DNA of 64,000 nucleotides, taken from IMG/VR virus record IMGVR_UViG_3300010376_000002, positions 1 through 64,000 of that record; one strand, written 5' to 3'. The notes beneath the pieces are model-generated. The model was not told the DNA's origin and ran no database searches. It was given only the letters and a program-made list of their open reading frames with translations. The DNA comes from a virus (lineage: Duplodnaviria > Caudoviricetes). The position numbers were made by a program, and so were the translations under genes. Of the stretch, positions 17,463-26,587 are shown piece by piece (the first letter of the stretch is position 1; every line of letters starts with the position of its first letter).

Positions 17463-17782
17463 GCGATATTCATTTCGAGAACGAACCGGAAATGCCCTCC
17501 GAGATGCAGGAGCATTTGTTAAAGGCCGTGGCGCATCATCGCGGTCACGAACCCGAACATCCCGGCATGTATACCGGCCCGCAAATGCTGGTTGAGGAGA
17601 AATTGCGCGAGATCGGTCCAGGGCAATCGGCGCCTCCGCCGGGACCGTTGCCGCCGCAAGAAGTGGTTGAGCAACCGCAGCAGCAAAAGAAAGGCAAGCC
17701 GCCGGCCCAACCGCACGGGCAAACGCCAGCGGCGGCCGGAGCTGCGGCCGTTCAGCCGGAGCAACCGGAAGGGAACTTCTGA
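17459..17782 (+). CDS. P/Q-rich hypothetical protein
   Basis: ATGA overlap with the giant ORF. Confidence 0.6.
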   Translation: MSDIHFENEPEMPSEMQEHLLKAVAHHRGHEPEHPGMYTGPQMLVEEKLREIGPGQSAPPPGPLPPQEVVEQPQQQKKGKPPAQPHGQTPAAAGAAAVQPEQPEGNF

Positions 17783-18141
17783 ACGTCAGCCATTTAACCG
17801 CTAGCGAACGGATCGAGCGAATCGTTGAGCGAGTCCGTTGGGAGGCTCGTAGGAAAAACAAGGGAGCGCTTTTCCATTTGGTCGTGCGCTATTGGGAATT
17901 GGAAACCGACACCCAACGAGCGCTGGTGATGTGGGATCGGCCGCGGACCAAAACGACTTTCTACGCCAAAGGCGCCCGTGATGCGCTTGGCTATGCAATT
18001 GCAGTACTCATGAAGTACAAGCATCGTTGCCCTGGAGTGACGCTCGATGAGGTCGGTGCTGCGATTCAAGAACTCAATAAATCGCAGATGTTTAACGGCG
18101 CGCGTTCTGAGCACTTGCCAGTGCCGGCCGGGATAGCGTAA
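17779..18141 (+). CDS. hypothetical protein, probable CTG start
   Basis: Frame of track ORF 17878 stays open back to a CTG overlapping the upstream TGA (CTGA). Confidence 0.5.
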   Translation: MNVSHLTASERIERIVERVRWEARRKNKGALFHLVVRYWELETDTQRALVMWDRPRTKTTFYAKGARDALGYAIAVLMKYKHRCPGVTLDEVGAAIQELNKSQMFNGARSEHLPVPAGIA

Positions 18142-18165
18142 AGAGAATAGTCACAGATAATAATA

Positions 18166-18522
18166 GTGACTGACGACGCTATACTTAGACGAATCTACGG
18201 CAGCTGGAGCCGGAACCTGCACGAGTGGTGCCTTTCGCAGCTCGGTCAGCGAGTCGATTCGTATGCGCACTTCGGAAATCCGGATTGGACCTTCTCGATC
18301 TACTCCGGTCGCGCAGTGATCGAGATTTCCGATGCCGGGATCCCGCGTTACGTCCGACCACCAGGGGAACGGTCTTTTACACTCATCCTTCCGCGCGGCC
18401 GCGACAACCCGAGCGAAGAACACGTTAACGAGATCTTCCGTCAAATCTGTCTGGGAGCAGCCCGCGTTATGCAAATCGATCTCGGCAAAGTTCAACTCGA
18501 ATCCAATGAGCATACTGACTGA
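18166..18522 (+). CDS. hypothetical protein
   Basis: Packed + strand run. Confidence 0.55.
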   Translation: MTDDAILRRIYGSWSRNLHEWCLSQLGQRVDSYAHFGNPDWTFSIYSGRAVIEISDAGIPRYVRPPGERSFTLILPRGRDNPSEEHVNEIFRQICLGAARVMQIDLGKVQLESNEHTD

Positions 18523-18664
18523 CGACGATAAAAAGCAGCTGATAGAATATCTCTTGGAGCATGCTCCCAAAGACGCCATGATCGTAGTCACGATTTTGAC
18601 CGAGGAAGGCGCCATCACCTTCACCAACATCACCTTCACCAAGACAGAATTTCCCTGTGAGTGA
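18506..18664 (+). CDS. small hypothetical protein (MSILTDDDKK...)
   Basis: Overlaps both neighbours. Confidence 0.45.
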   Translation: MSILTDDDKKQLIEYLLEHAPKDAMIVVTILTEEGAITFTNITFTKTEFPCE

Positions 18665-18872
18665 AGTGCTTGAGATTTACGTGGTTTACGAAGATCCGAA
18701 GGATTTTCCCGGTAAGTTAGTCCTGAGACGTTGGGTCGGCTTAACGCCGGATCCGGAGCCTCTGATCGTGGCGACTGAACTCAAAGAAATACGCGAAACA
18801 ATTCCCGATCACTGCGTTCCAATTAATCGCTTCGATGACGATGATGCTAAGATCAAGGAAGTATGGATTTAA
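18657..18872 (+). CDS. conserved small phage/plasmid protein
   Basis: IYVVYEDPKDFPGKLVLRRW...R..DDD..I.EVWI pattern. Confidence 0.65.
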   Translation: MSEVLEIYVVYEDPKDFPGKLVLRRWVGLTPDPEPLIVATELKEIRETIPDHCVPINRFDDDDAKIKEVWI

Positions 18873-19234
18873 AGGGTCAGATTATGAATCTAAGTGGCTA
18901 CGTGTTCTGTAAACAATATCGGCCGGCGTTCTTCGAAGGATTTGAGGATGAGGAAGGCTACGTTCGGACCGTTGACGAATTGCTTGCGATGCCTTTTATC
19001 AAGCGTTGGAGCGACGGCGAAGCTAGCCCAGGCTTTACCCGTTTCAGCGTCTCCTGGCCTTACAGCACCGACTATCCCGATTATCACCATCTGATGGCGG
19101 AGATTAACGATAACCAACAATGGTGGGTCGTCGCGCTTCTGAAAGGGCCGCACGACCATCCGATTTTCCAAGAAATGCCTGAGTGGCATTCACCACGAAA
19201 AGATGCCGATCGAAACTCTACTGCTTGCGAATAA
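18863..19234 (+). CDS. hypothetical protein
   Basis: Packed ORF; start could be 18884. Confidence 0.55.
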   Translation: MDLKGQIMNLSGYVFCKQYRPAFFEGFEDEEGYVRTVDELLAMPFIKRWSDGEASPGFTRFSVSWPYSTDYPDYHHLMAEINDNQQWWVVALLKGPHDHPIFQEMPEWHSPRKDADRNSTACE

Positions 19235-19520
19235 GCCGGTAAAATTTAAGAGCTGTCCGAAGTGCGGAGCTGAGCCGTTCGATCCTTTCTTGCGCGGCCA
19301 AATCCAACGCACTCAACACAAGTATCTCGGATTCGGTCCGCGGCAGGATTACTGCGCACTGATCTGTTGGCGATGCAAAGAGGTCGTCGGTTACGAATCT
19401 CCGCCATCGAATGCGCCATGCTGGCAACCCAATTTCGATTGGCATGTGATCTGGCTAGCCTTGGTTATTTTCGCCATGATGGGGCTCGCTATTTACTTGT
19501 TTTCCACAAGAGCCGGATAG
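19203..19520 (+). CDS. Zn-ribbon plus TM-helix protein
   Basis: CPKCG...CWRC then a hydrophobic C-terminus. Confidence 0.55.
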   Translation: MPIETLLLANKPVKFKSCPKCGAEPFDPFLRGQIQRTQHKYLGFGPRQDYCALICWRCKEVVGYESPPSNAPCWQPNFDWHVIWLALVIFAMMGLAIYLFSTRAG

Positions 19521-19531
19521 CATGTTGGGCT

Positions 19532-20671
19532 ATGCCCAACGGTAATAATTCTTCCCCCGTCGCGCAGCTGTTCCTACCTGAAGAGACGCGGCAAATCCTT
19601 CGTAAGAGCGCTCTATGCTCGAAGCTTTCGGACGACCAAGCTGCCTATTTTTTTGAAGTTTGCGAAAGAACAAAGTTGGATCCGTTCACCGGAATGATCC
19701 GGCCGGATATCCGAAAACGGAAACTCGAAGACGGCAGTTACGAACCGGTGATGCTGATTATTACGACCTTGCAAGGCTTGCGCGGAATCGGTGACCGCAG
19801 CGGATTGCTTGACGGTGAGAGCGAGATCGAATGGACCGGCGTAAACGGCGAGTGGCATAACGCCTGGCTGCCCAAGGAACCGCCGATCGCAGCTCGAGCA
19901 AGCATCTATAGAAAAGACCGGACTCATCCTCAGACTGAAATCGTGCGTTGGGATGCCTTTTGTCAGTTCGTGTACAACAAAAAAGGCGAACCCGTACCAA
20001 ACGCTTTTTGGGACAGGATGGGTTCGCATATGCTGGGCAAATGCGCGCGCGCGGCCGGTTACCGCGGAGCGTTCCCGAACTTGTGTAGCAACCTCTACAT
20101 CACCGAAGAAATTCACGAAGAACTCGATAAAGATTCAGAAGAAGCAATCGAAGCTGAAATGACACGCAGAGCCCGAGCCGACAAGACGTACTGGGAAGAG
20201 GAAAATAAGAAGGGCAACTTCTCCATCGATCAGCAGCAGCAACGCGAGAAAGGGGAAATAGCATCGATGGGAACCTCGCCAAAGCTGACTGATCGCAAAG
20301 TGGCTCAAACTGAAAAGACCGGTGCAGAACTTTTCGCTGGTGCGCGCACTGCTCCGCTGCCGGCACCTTTGCCAAGTGAGGCCACTACTTTGCCAAGTGA
20401 AGAGACCACTTCTCCAACTAACCTCATCGATATGGGCGGTTGGCAGAATTTTGTGATAACCCGAATTCAGCTTTTCAAGGGGCGCACAGTCGCTAGTCTA
20501 ACGAAGAACGAGATGGACGGACTCCAAGGTTTGATGGAAAAACTCAAAGCTTCTTGGGGCGGCTTAGATGAGGATTTCAAAAACCACTTCAACGCAATCC
20601 AGGCTCGCATGGATGACGACTACCAAAAAGAGCTGGATAAGATGGCGGCAGGCGATTTCCAATTGACGTGA
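19532..20671 (+). CDS. bet: phage single-strand annealing recombinase, Bet/RecT family
   Basis: FFEVCERTKLDPF, GLRGIGDRSGLLDG, PIAARASIYRK, W..MGSHMLGKCARAAGYRGAFP..LYITEE. Confidence 0.85.
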   Translation: MPNGNNSSPVAQLFLPEETRQILRKSALCSKLSDDQAAYFFEVCERTKLDPFTGMIRPDIRKRKLEDGSYEPVMLIITTLQGLRGIGDRSGLLDGESEIEWTGVNGEWHNAWLPKEPPIAARASIYRKDRTHPQTEIVRWDAFCQFVYNKKGEPVPNAFWDRMGSHMLGKCARAAGYRGAFPNLCSNLYITEEIHEELDKDSEEAIEAEMTRRARADKTYWEEENKKGNFSIDQQQQREKGEIASMGTSPKLTDRKVAQTEKTGAELFAGARTAPLPAPLPSEATTLPSEETTSPTNLIDMGGWQNFVITRIQLFKGRTVASLTKNEMDGLQGLMEKLKASWGGLDEDFKNHFNAIQARMDDDYQKELDKMAAGDFQLT

Positions 20672-21198
20672 ACCCAGACCTAGAAAGATGGCTTAATGAG
20701 GGTCTAGCAGAAGCGGTTGCCGGCGTCCCCGAGCCACCTCCTGCGCCGGCAGCAGCTCAAGGGCCAAAGCGCAATACCAAGCACGGTGGTGTCGTTCGTA
20801 GCACGACAACTCGAGTCTTAAGCGGACAAATTGCTAATCCCGTCGCTAATCCCAAAGCTCCGGCTCAAGCAGCCCGTCCAGTCAAAACCGTCGCGCCTCC
20901 GACTCCGGAAGAGGAACTCAAAGCCGAAAACCCTGCCTTAGCCATCCCTTCGATGATGACCGGCATGGATTACGATTCTCGGAAAAACGGCGCCCGGCCG
21001 AATCCGAATTCGTTTGTGGAATCAGCACCCAACCCAACTCCGGAGGTTGCAGAGGCGCCTTTAAGTTGGGCAACGACCCTCAAAGATCTCTACGATCGCA
21101 CTGTTCGCCGCGGTGGCCTTTATCACGTTGGTAATTCGATGGTTGTCGTCTCAGTCCAAAAACTCAAGCCTCGGGCGTTGTCTGTACCGGAGCATTAA
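20668..21198 (+). CDS. Pro/Ala-rich hypothetical protein
   Basis: GTGA overlap with bet. Confidence 0.55.
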   Translation: MNPDLERWLNEGLAEAVAGVPEPPPAPAAAQGPKRNTKHGGVVRSTTTRVLSGQIANPVANPKAPAQAARPVKTVAPPTPEEELKAENPALAIPSMMTGMDYDSRKNGARPNPNSFVESAPNPTPEVAEAPLSWATTLKDLYDRTVRRGGLYHVGNSMVVVSVQKLKPRALSVPEH

Positions 21199-21544
21199 CG
21201 CTCGCCAAAAAATCGCTGATCTTTTGCAGATTATCGGGATTAGGTACGTACTTTTTCTCGAGCCACGTCCGCACCGTATAGGTGCTTACTCCAATCGTCC
21301 TGGCTACCATGTTTACGTGTAGCTTTTGTCGCTTCATCGCCTCGCGCAGAGCGTTCACCAAGTTCCCGCTTGGGCTAGGTTCTTCGATCGGTTCCGAACC
21401 ATTGTTGGCTTGGTCGCCCGCTGCATCGTGCAAGAACTCAATCGCTTTAGCTACCGCTTCAATGCGATTCTTAGCCCATACGTCAGGGAACATCAGTTGA
21501 GCAACGCGCCTTGCCTGCTCCTTGGTAATCATTGCCATTGCCAC
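21164..21544 (-). CDS. XRE-type HTH transcriptional regulator
   Basis: LREAMKRQKLHVNMVARTIGVSTYTVRTWLEKKYVP..DNLQKI. Confidence 0.75.
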   Translation of the reverse strand: MAMAMITKEQARRVAQLMFPDVWAKNRIEAVAKAIEFLHDAAGDQANNGSEPIEEPSPSGNLVNALREAMKRQKLHVNMVARTIGVSTYTVRTWLEKKYVPNPDNLQKISDFLASVNAPVQTTPEA

Positions 21545-21570
21545 TCCATTAAAACGCCTGGCGCCTGCCT

Positions 21571-21996
21571 ATGCAAATTCTCCCAGAAAACATTTTACGC
21601 TGCATGCACCCTGAAGACCTAAGGCTCTACGCCAAGGGACAACTGACAGCCGAGCAAGCCATAGACAAATACTGCGCCCGCGAAGAAAAAAACCTCCACA
21701 AGAAATTCGAAAATTGGTGTTTGCTCAATCGCGAGTACCTAGACTATAGCCATGCAAGGATGGACAAACCGACCACCAACGAGGTCGGATTATTAGACTT
21801 TCACGTTTGGACAGCTCAGCATCATTGCTTCGTTGAATTCAAGTCTGAACACGGTAGAACCTCGCCGGCGCAGGAAAAATTTATCCAGAATCAATTACGC
21901 CTGGGCGTTCCGGTTTTGGTGAGCACCTCCTTTTCTGCGGCAACTGGTTTCGTCCGGCGCCAGTTGCACGTCTCAATTGTCGAGATCGGCACGTGA
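21571..21996 (+). CDS. VRR-NUC (PD-(D/E)xK) nuclease
   Basis: GLLDF...FVEFKSEHGRTSPAQEKF...GVPV. Confidence 0.8.
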   Translation: MQILPENILRCMHPEDLRLYAKGQLTAEQAIDKYCAREEKNLHKKFENWCLLNREYLDYSHARMDKPTTNEVGLLDFHVWTAQHHCFVEFKSEHGRTSPAQEKFIQNQLRLGVPVLVSTSFSAATGFVRRQLHVSIVEIGT

Positions 21997-22260
21997 ACGC
22001 GCCGGCCGTTTTTTGGTTTGGACGAAATCGCGCCGACAGGATTTACAAACCGGATGAAAAACCCATTTGCCATGAGAAGCAGGCATCCCAGTCTGCTCCC
22101 ATTCGCTGCCGCACTCGGTGCAGGTTGTCCATTTTTTGGCCCATTGAGAAACGGGACCACGCGTTCCACCCATGAAAGAAATCCAACGGATCTCAAGTTC
22201 AGTCTCAGGCTTGCGCTCACCCGTCATTAACGCTACGAAAGTTTGTAAATCGTCAGACAT
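21973..22260 (-). CDS. Zn-ribbon hypothetical protein
   Basis: CTECG...CKSC. Confidence 0.5.
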   Translation of the reverse strand: MSDDLQTFVALMTGERKPETELEIRWISFMGGTRGPVSQWAKKWTTCTECGSEWEQTGMPASHGKWVFHPVCKSCRRDFVQTKKRPARSRADLDN

Positions 22261-22299
22261 GAATAATTACCCATAACATTTTTCTTAAGTAAAAAAAGC

Positions 22300-23787
22300 A
22301 TGAGAACCGATGTAATTGTTAAGACGTGGTGGAACGACCTCTGTTGGGTCAGTTATGCACTCAAGTTCCTCCTGAAAAACTGGAAAGAGCCGAACTCGAA
22401 TTTTATCGTTCTAGCTGACGAGAATTGTCACAAGGTAATCAAGACTTGGGGCTTCCCTTCGAGCGTGAAGTATTACTACTTCCGACCTTGGCCGGATGGG
22501 AACGGCTTCCAGCAGTACCTCACGTTTCTGTCTGACCACGTCAGTGACGCTGATTTCTTCGCGATCTTTGACAGTGACATCATGCTCATCGAGCCCATGC
22601 AGGTTAGCGACCATATGATCGACGGAAAACCGATTATCTGGTTCAACCGTTATGATTCCTTTTCGACTCCCAGTGACATGGAGAAGGTATGGGGTCCGGT
22701 CACAGAGCGCTGGCTAGGAGTTAAACCTTACGCCGACTACATGGTCCGCTTTCCCTTCCTTTACCGGGCGAGCACGATTGCCAATGTGCGCCGATTCATT
22801 ACCGCTAAGACCGGACACGGCTTGGAGGATAGCCTCTATAGCACTACGCCTTATAAGCCGGAAAACTTTTTCAGTCATCCTTTCAAACTCTCGGAGCACA
22901 ATCTGATCGGGTTTTACGCCCAGTTGCACGAAGCCGATCAATACGCCTTCTGCGATATCGAGGGGACTTCACCCTGGCAGCAACGCTATCGGCATTATCA
23001 TAGCTGGACCCAGTGGAGCACCGAGCGGATGCGGGAGCTGGACAATCTCTATCTGATGGGCATCGAGAATCCAACTCCGGAGGATCAGATTATGCAGACA
23101 CCGCAAGGATATTGGGTCTTGAGGCGCGATACGCATATCAGTCGGTGGGTCGAACAAACCGGACGCCTGGATCACGACCAGACTGTCCTCCAGCAACTCC
23201 GGCAGTATATCCGGCCGGGCTCGACCGTGATCGATGCCGGTGCCGCGATTGGCGATCATACCGTGTTCTATCTCGACTCTGTCGGCGAAACGGGAAAGGT
23301 CTACGCCTTTGAACCTCACCCCCTCCAATACCTGTGCCTCGTTCGAAACTGCCCACGGGCGCTTTGTTATCCAGAGGCTCTAGGTGAGACTTTCGGCAAG
23401 GTCCACCTCTTTCACGAACCCGATGTAGTTGCTGGTTCGCGCCTAATCGATCCTAAACTCCAGTGGCCGATGACCGAGTGCGACCGCGTACTTCTGGATG
23501 ACGTCGTCCTAGAAAAGAATGATGTCTCCTTCATCAAGATCGACGTCGAGGGTTGTGAACCGGAAGTTTTGCGCGGAGCTCGGGAGATCCTCAAACAGAG
23601 CCGACCCACAATCTGGTTTGAGCAAAATCCAGAAGCTTTACGGCGCCAAGGTCACTCAATCGACGAGATTCGGAATTTGATTAGTGAACTAGGTTATCGC
23701 GTAGTCCGATTCTATCCCGATGGTTCCAGTTGGCAGGGTAGTCCTGATCAAAAATCCCAGTGCGACGTTCTCTGTGCGCCCGTATGA
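22300..23787 (+). CDS. glycosyltransferase-like domain fused to an FkbM-family methyltransferase
   Basis: N-terminal FDSD motif; C-terminal VIDAGAAIGDHT, YAFEP, FIKIDVEGCEPEVLRGA. Confidence 0.8.
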   Translation: MRTDVIVKTWWNDLCWVSYALKFLLKNWKEPNSNFIVLADENCHKVIKTWGFPSSVKYYYFRPWPDGNGFQQYLTFLSDHVSDADFFAIFDSDIMLIEPMQVSDHMIDGKPIIWFNRYDSFSTPSDMEKVWGPVTERWLGVKPYADYMVRFPFLYRASTIANVRRFITAKTGHGLEDSLYSTTPYKPENFFSHPFKLSEHNLIGFYAQLHEADQYAFCDIEGTSPWQQRYRHYHSWTQWSTERMRELDNLYLMGIENPTPEDQIMQTPQGYWVLRRDTHISRWVEQTGRLDHDQTVLQQLRQYIRPGSTVIDAGAAIGDHTVFYLDSVGETGKVYAFEPHPLQYLCLVRNCPRALCYPEALGETFGKVHLFHEPDVVAGSRLIDPKLQWPMTECDRVLLDDVVLEKNDVSFIKIDVEGCEPEVLRGAREILKQSRPTIWFEQNPEALRRQGHSIDEIRNLISELGYRVVRFYPDGSSWQGSPDQKSQCDVLCAPV

Positions 23788-23788
23788 G

Positions 23789-24580
23789 CTAACCCGGTCC
23801 TCTTAAGACGCGGCTACCTAAAACGCTCGGAACTTTTGCCGGATTGCGGCCGCGGAGTAAATGCGTACGTGCTAGTCCTCTCGCGGTCGCATCTTTGACT
23901 CCATGAAGAAGCGCCGGTCGAACTCCGTTTTTGGAAACAGTTTTCCATTCCGGCTCCGTAAGCAGCTTACGCCGGTAGTAAGAGGTGATGAGATTAGTGT
24001 CCTGGGCTTGCGAATTGATAAACTCTCGGTGATGAAAGTCCCACGCCGTAGTAATGGGAGTCTCGAGCAAGTGCGGCCAATCTTTCGCTAGCCAAACCGG
24101 AAACATCGCGTTGCCGTTGATGTGTCGCGGGATCCCGCCTTCGGCCTCTTGATCGTGCACGTTGCCGACGACCGGCTTAGAGCGTTCGTCATATTCCTTT
24201 TGCAAAAGTTCAATCCAGTTTGTCTGTAAGGGACAGCAATCCGGCTCAAAAGTCAGCACCCCTTGCTCAGTGATATCGCCAGCATGAAAAAGCCTTTCGA
24301 CGTCTTTCATCGTGCTAGCCCACAGAGCGTTCGAACCGGCCGGCCAGCCCGTGGCGTAAAGCTCCGCTTCGGTCGCCCAAACTCGGTTATAGCACTTCGA
24401 GAGAAATGTTTGAGCGGTCCAAATCCGCGATCGTGGAGTGTCTTTGCGATACACGATTAGCCACGCCGGCGGATCCGGAGTCGGATGGTCCTGCTCGAGC
24501 TCACCAATCAGTTTCGCAAGGTCCAAGAATGCGTCGCAATCAATGGGGCAAACTTGCAAAGCGAACAGAACAGAACTCAT
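23789..24580 (-). CDS. GT-A-like glycosyltransferase-related protein
   Basis: GWPAGSN, FEPDCCPL..NWI, HINGNAMF, AWD motifs. Confidence 0.55.
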   Translation of the reverse strand: MSSVLFALQVCPIDCDAFLDLAKLIGELEQDHPTPDPPAWLIVYRKDTPRSRIWTAQTFLSKCYNRVWATEAELYATGWPAGSNALWASTMKDVERLFHAGDITEQGVLTFEPDCCPLQTNWIELLQKEYDERSKPVVGNVHDQEAEGGIPRHINGNAMFPVWLAKDWPHLLETPITTAWDFHHREFINSQAQDTNLITSYYRRKLLTEPEWKTVSKNGVRPALLHGVKDATARGLARTHLLRGRNPAKVPSVLGSRVLRGPG

Positions 24581-24638
24581 ACCTGCAAGAGAAAAATACC
24601 GAACTCGACGACGTCAAGAAAAAGTCGTACGATCAGAC

Positions 24639-24875
24639 ATGGCTCTCAAACCTGTCCCTCAACCGTGGACGCTGCTAGCGGTTCAATGCCCGCTAAATCC
24701 AGCACAACCCCAGAATGTCAACTTAGGGCCAGGCTCTAATCCTGGCAGTTGGACTGGTTATCCCAAACCGGAAAGAACTGGACCTACAATGATCCCGCCG
24801 GGATGCGCGCCAGGACTACCACAGATTAACTTCACCGGTCCTTGGCAACCATATCCGGCAACCGCGCACGGCTAA
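24639..24875 (+). CDS. small Pro-rich protein
   Basis: Heads the structural + strand run. Confidence 0.5.
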   Translation: MALKPVPQPWTLLAVQCPLNPAQPQNVNLGPGSNPGSWTGYPKPERTGPTMIPPGCAPGLPQINFTGPWQPYPATAHG

Positions 24876-24881
24876 ACCCTG

Positions 24882-25718
24882 ATGGGCGGCTGGAGTACTT
24901 TCGGCGCCGGTAAGTTTTTGCAGGCACTGCTTGGTAACCAAGCAACTGGAGTGCCTGCAACTTGGTATTTCCAGCCGATGATCACCGCTCCGACCTTTGC
25001 CGGCGGAGGCAGCCCTTCTATCCTCGTTCCACGGCTAGGGCTTCTCCCAAACACTAGCAACTTCAGCGCAGCCACCGGCACCGGCACCGTCACGGGCGCT
25101 AACGCAATCCCGTTGACCTTTCTTACCGCTAGCGCTGGCACCCAGGAAATCTGGACCGCTATCGGGCTCTACGACGCAAACGCCGCTGGCAATTTCTACG
25201 CTTGGTGGAACATCCCGGCCGGTCAGCAACCCACGGTCAACCAGGGCACCCAATACCAGGTCGCGATCGGTAACCTAAAATTTGCCCTTACTTCCGGTGC
25301 CGGAGGCGGAGTGAGCGACTTCGCCATGAAAGCGCTCATCAACAATTTTTTGCAGAAAGCGGCTTTGGGCGCACCGGCTAGCTGGTATCTGGGAGGTTAT
25401 ACCGCCAATCCAACTAGCGCCGGAGGCGGCACTGAGTCGACCAGAACCGGCTATGCTAGAATCGCTATCGGCAATGACTTGACTCATTTTGGTGCGCCAG
25501 GTGGCACGCTAAACGTCAGCGTTACCAATCTATTAGCCTCAATTTTCGCGGCTCTTGGCGGTGCCGGCACCGAGACTTGGACCGGCTACGGACTCTTTGA
25601 TGCACCTAGCGCTGGCAATATGTGGCTTTGGAGTCCGGTCACTAACATCGTAGCAGGCAACGCTAGCGTCATCACTTTCCCGGCCGCTTCTATCGGCTCA
25701 ATTTTAACCAGTTCATAA
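24882..25718 (+). CDS. phage tail/fibre-associated protein, two tandem copies of one domain
   Basis: Each half has WY...TA.PT.AGGG..., N...F..., W...GL.DA..AG(N).W. Confidence 0.7.
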   Translation: MGGWSTFGAGKFLQALLGNQATGVPATWYFQPMITAPTFAGGGSPSILVPRLGLLPNTSNFSAATGTGTVTGANAIPLTFLTASAGTQEIWTAIGLYDANAAGNFYAWWNIPAGQQPTVNQGTQYQVAIGNLKFALTSGAGGGVSDFAMKALINNFLQKAALGAPASWYLGGYTANPTSAGGGTESTRTGYARIAIGNDLTHFGAPGGTLNVSVTNLLASIFAALGGAGTETWTGYGLFDAPSAGNMWLWSPVTNIVAGNASVITFPAASIGSILTSS

Positions 25719-25730
25719 GCAGCCTGGGTT

Positions 25731-26564
25731 ATGGCTAACACTGTCGTCCAAACCAAGAGCACGACTGCCCAGCCTGCTTCCAGTGCCGCGCCTACGCTGG
25801 CTTTTGCTAGCAACAACACCTCTGGCAATGCCCTGATTGTCACGGTCGCCGTCCAGACTCAAACCGTTACCGGAGTCAGTGATTCTCACGGTCAAACCTA
25901 CACGCTAGATAAGTCAGGAACCGGCGGTGGCTGGAATCTTTACATCTACCGGTTCTTCAATTGCCGCGGTGGCGCGTGCACCGTCACAGTCAACTTGAGC
26001 GCAGCGACGGCTAACGTCAAAATCACCATTACCGAGTTAGCTGCTACCGCAGGCATGGTCTTTTGGGGCGTCGACGTCACCGGCAGCCTCACCGGCACCG
26101 GCACCGCAGTGAGCTGCGGTCCTTTTACGACCACTAAGCCTAACGATGTCATAATCGCCACTTCGATGAACTCAGGTCCACAGACCACAACTGTGGGCAG
26201 CGGTTATACGACACTTGGCGCGCAATGGACGGCAGGCAACCCCGATGAATACCAGATCTTGACCGCAACTGGTTCGCAAACCCCATCGGCCACTCTGGCA
26301 GCTTCAGCAACCTGGGGAATGATTGCGGTGGCTTATGCGGCCCAGACTCCTACCGACTCAGGATCGCTGACTGCGACCGAAGCCACCTCAACGCCGGCTA
26401 GCGCTCCCTTCATCGGAGTCAATTCCGGCGCACTAACCGCACTGGAAAACAGCTCGAGTCCGCCATCGCACCCGACCGTTACAGGGACAGCACCGCTGCC
26501 TCCTGTTTCACAAGCCCAAAACCAAGATGGATGGCCCGGCGAATTCTCGTCTGGTGGTTGGTAG
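25731..26564 (+). CDS. Thr/Ala/Gly-rich virion beta-domain protein
   Basis: VVQTKS..F.SNNTSGNALIV.V..VSDS.G.TY pattern, shared with the N-terminus of the 61311 ORF. Confidence 0.6.
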   Translation: MANTVVQTKSTTAQPASSAAPTLAFASNNTSGNALIVTVAVQTQTVTGVSDSHGQTYTLDKSGTGGGWNLYIYRFFNCRGGACTVTVNLSAATANVKITITELAATAGMVFWGVDVTGSLTGTGTAVSCGPFTTTKPNDVIIATSMNSGPQTTTVGSGYTTLGAQWTAGNPDEYQILTATGSQTPSATLAASATWGMIAVAYAAQTPTDSGSLTATEATSTPASAPFIGVNSGALTALENSSSPPSHPTVTGTAPLPPVSQAQNQDGWPGEFSSGGW

Positions 26565-26587
26565 CCTCTTAGGCTAAGCACAAGTCA

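Noticed and set aside
19367-19531. N-terminal extensions given by the track (also 34485-34703, 9910-10071, 57014-57079, 53665-53997)
   Set aside because: They overlap neighbouring genes and family motifs begin at later ATGs.
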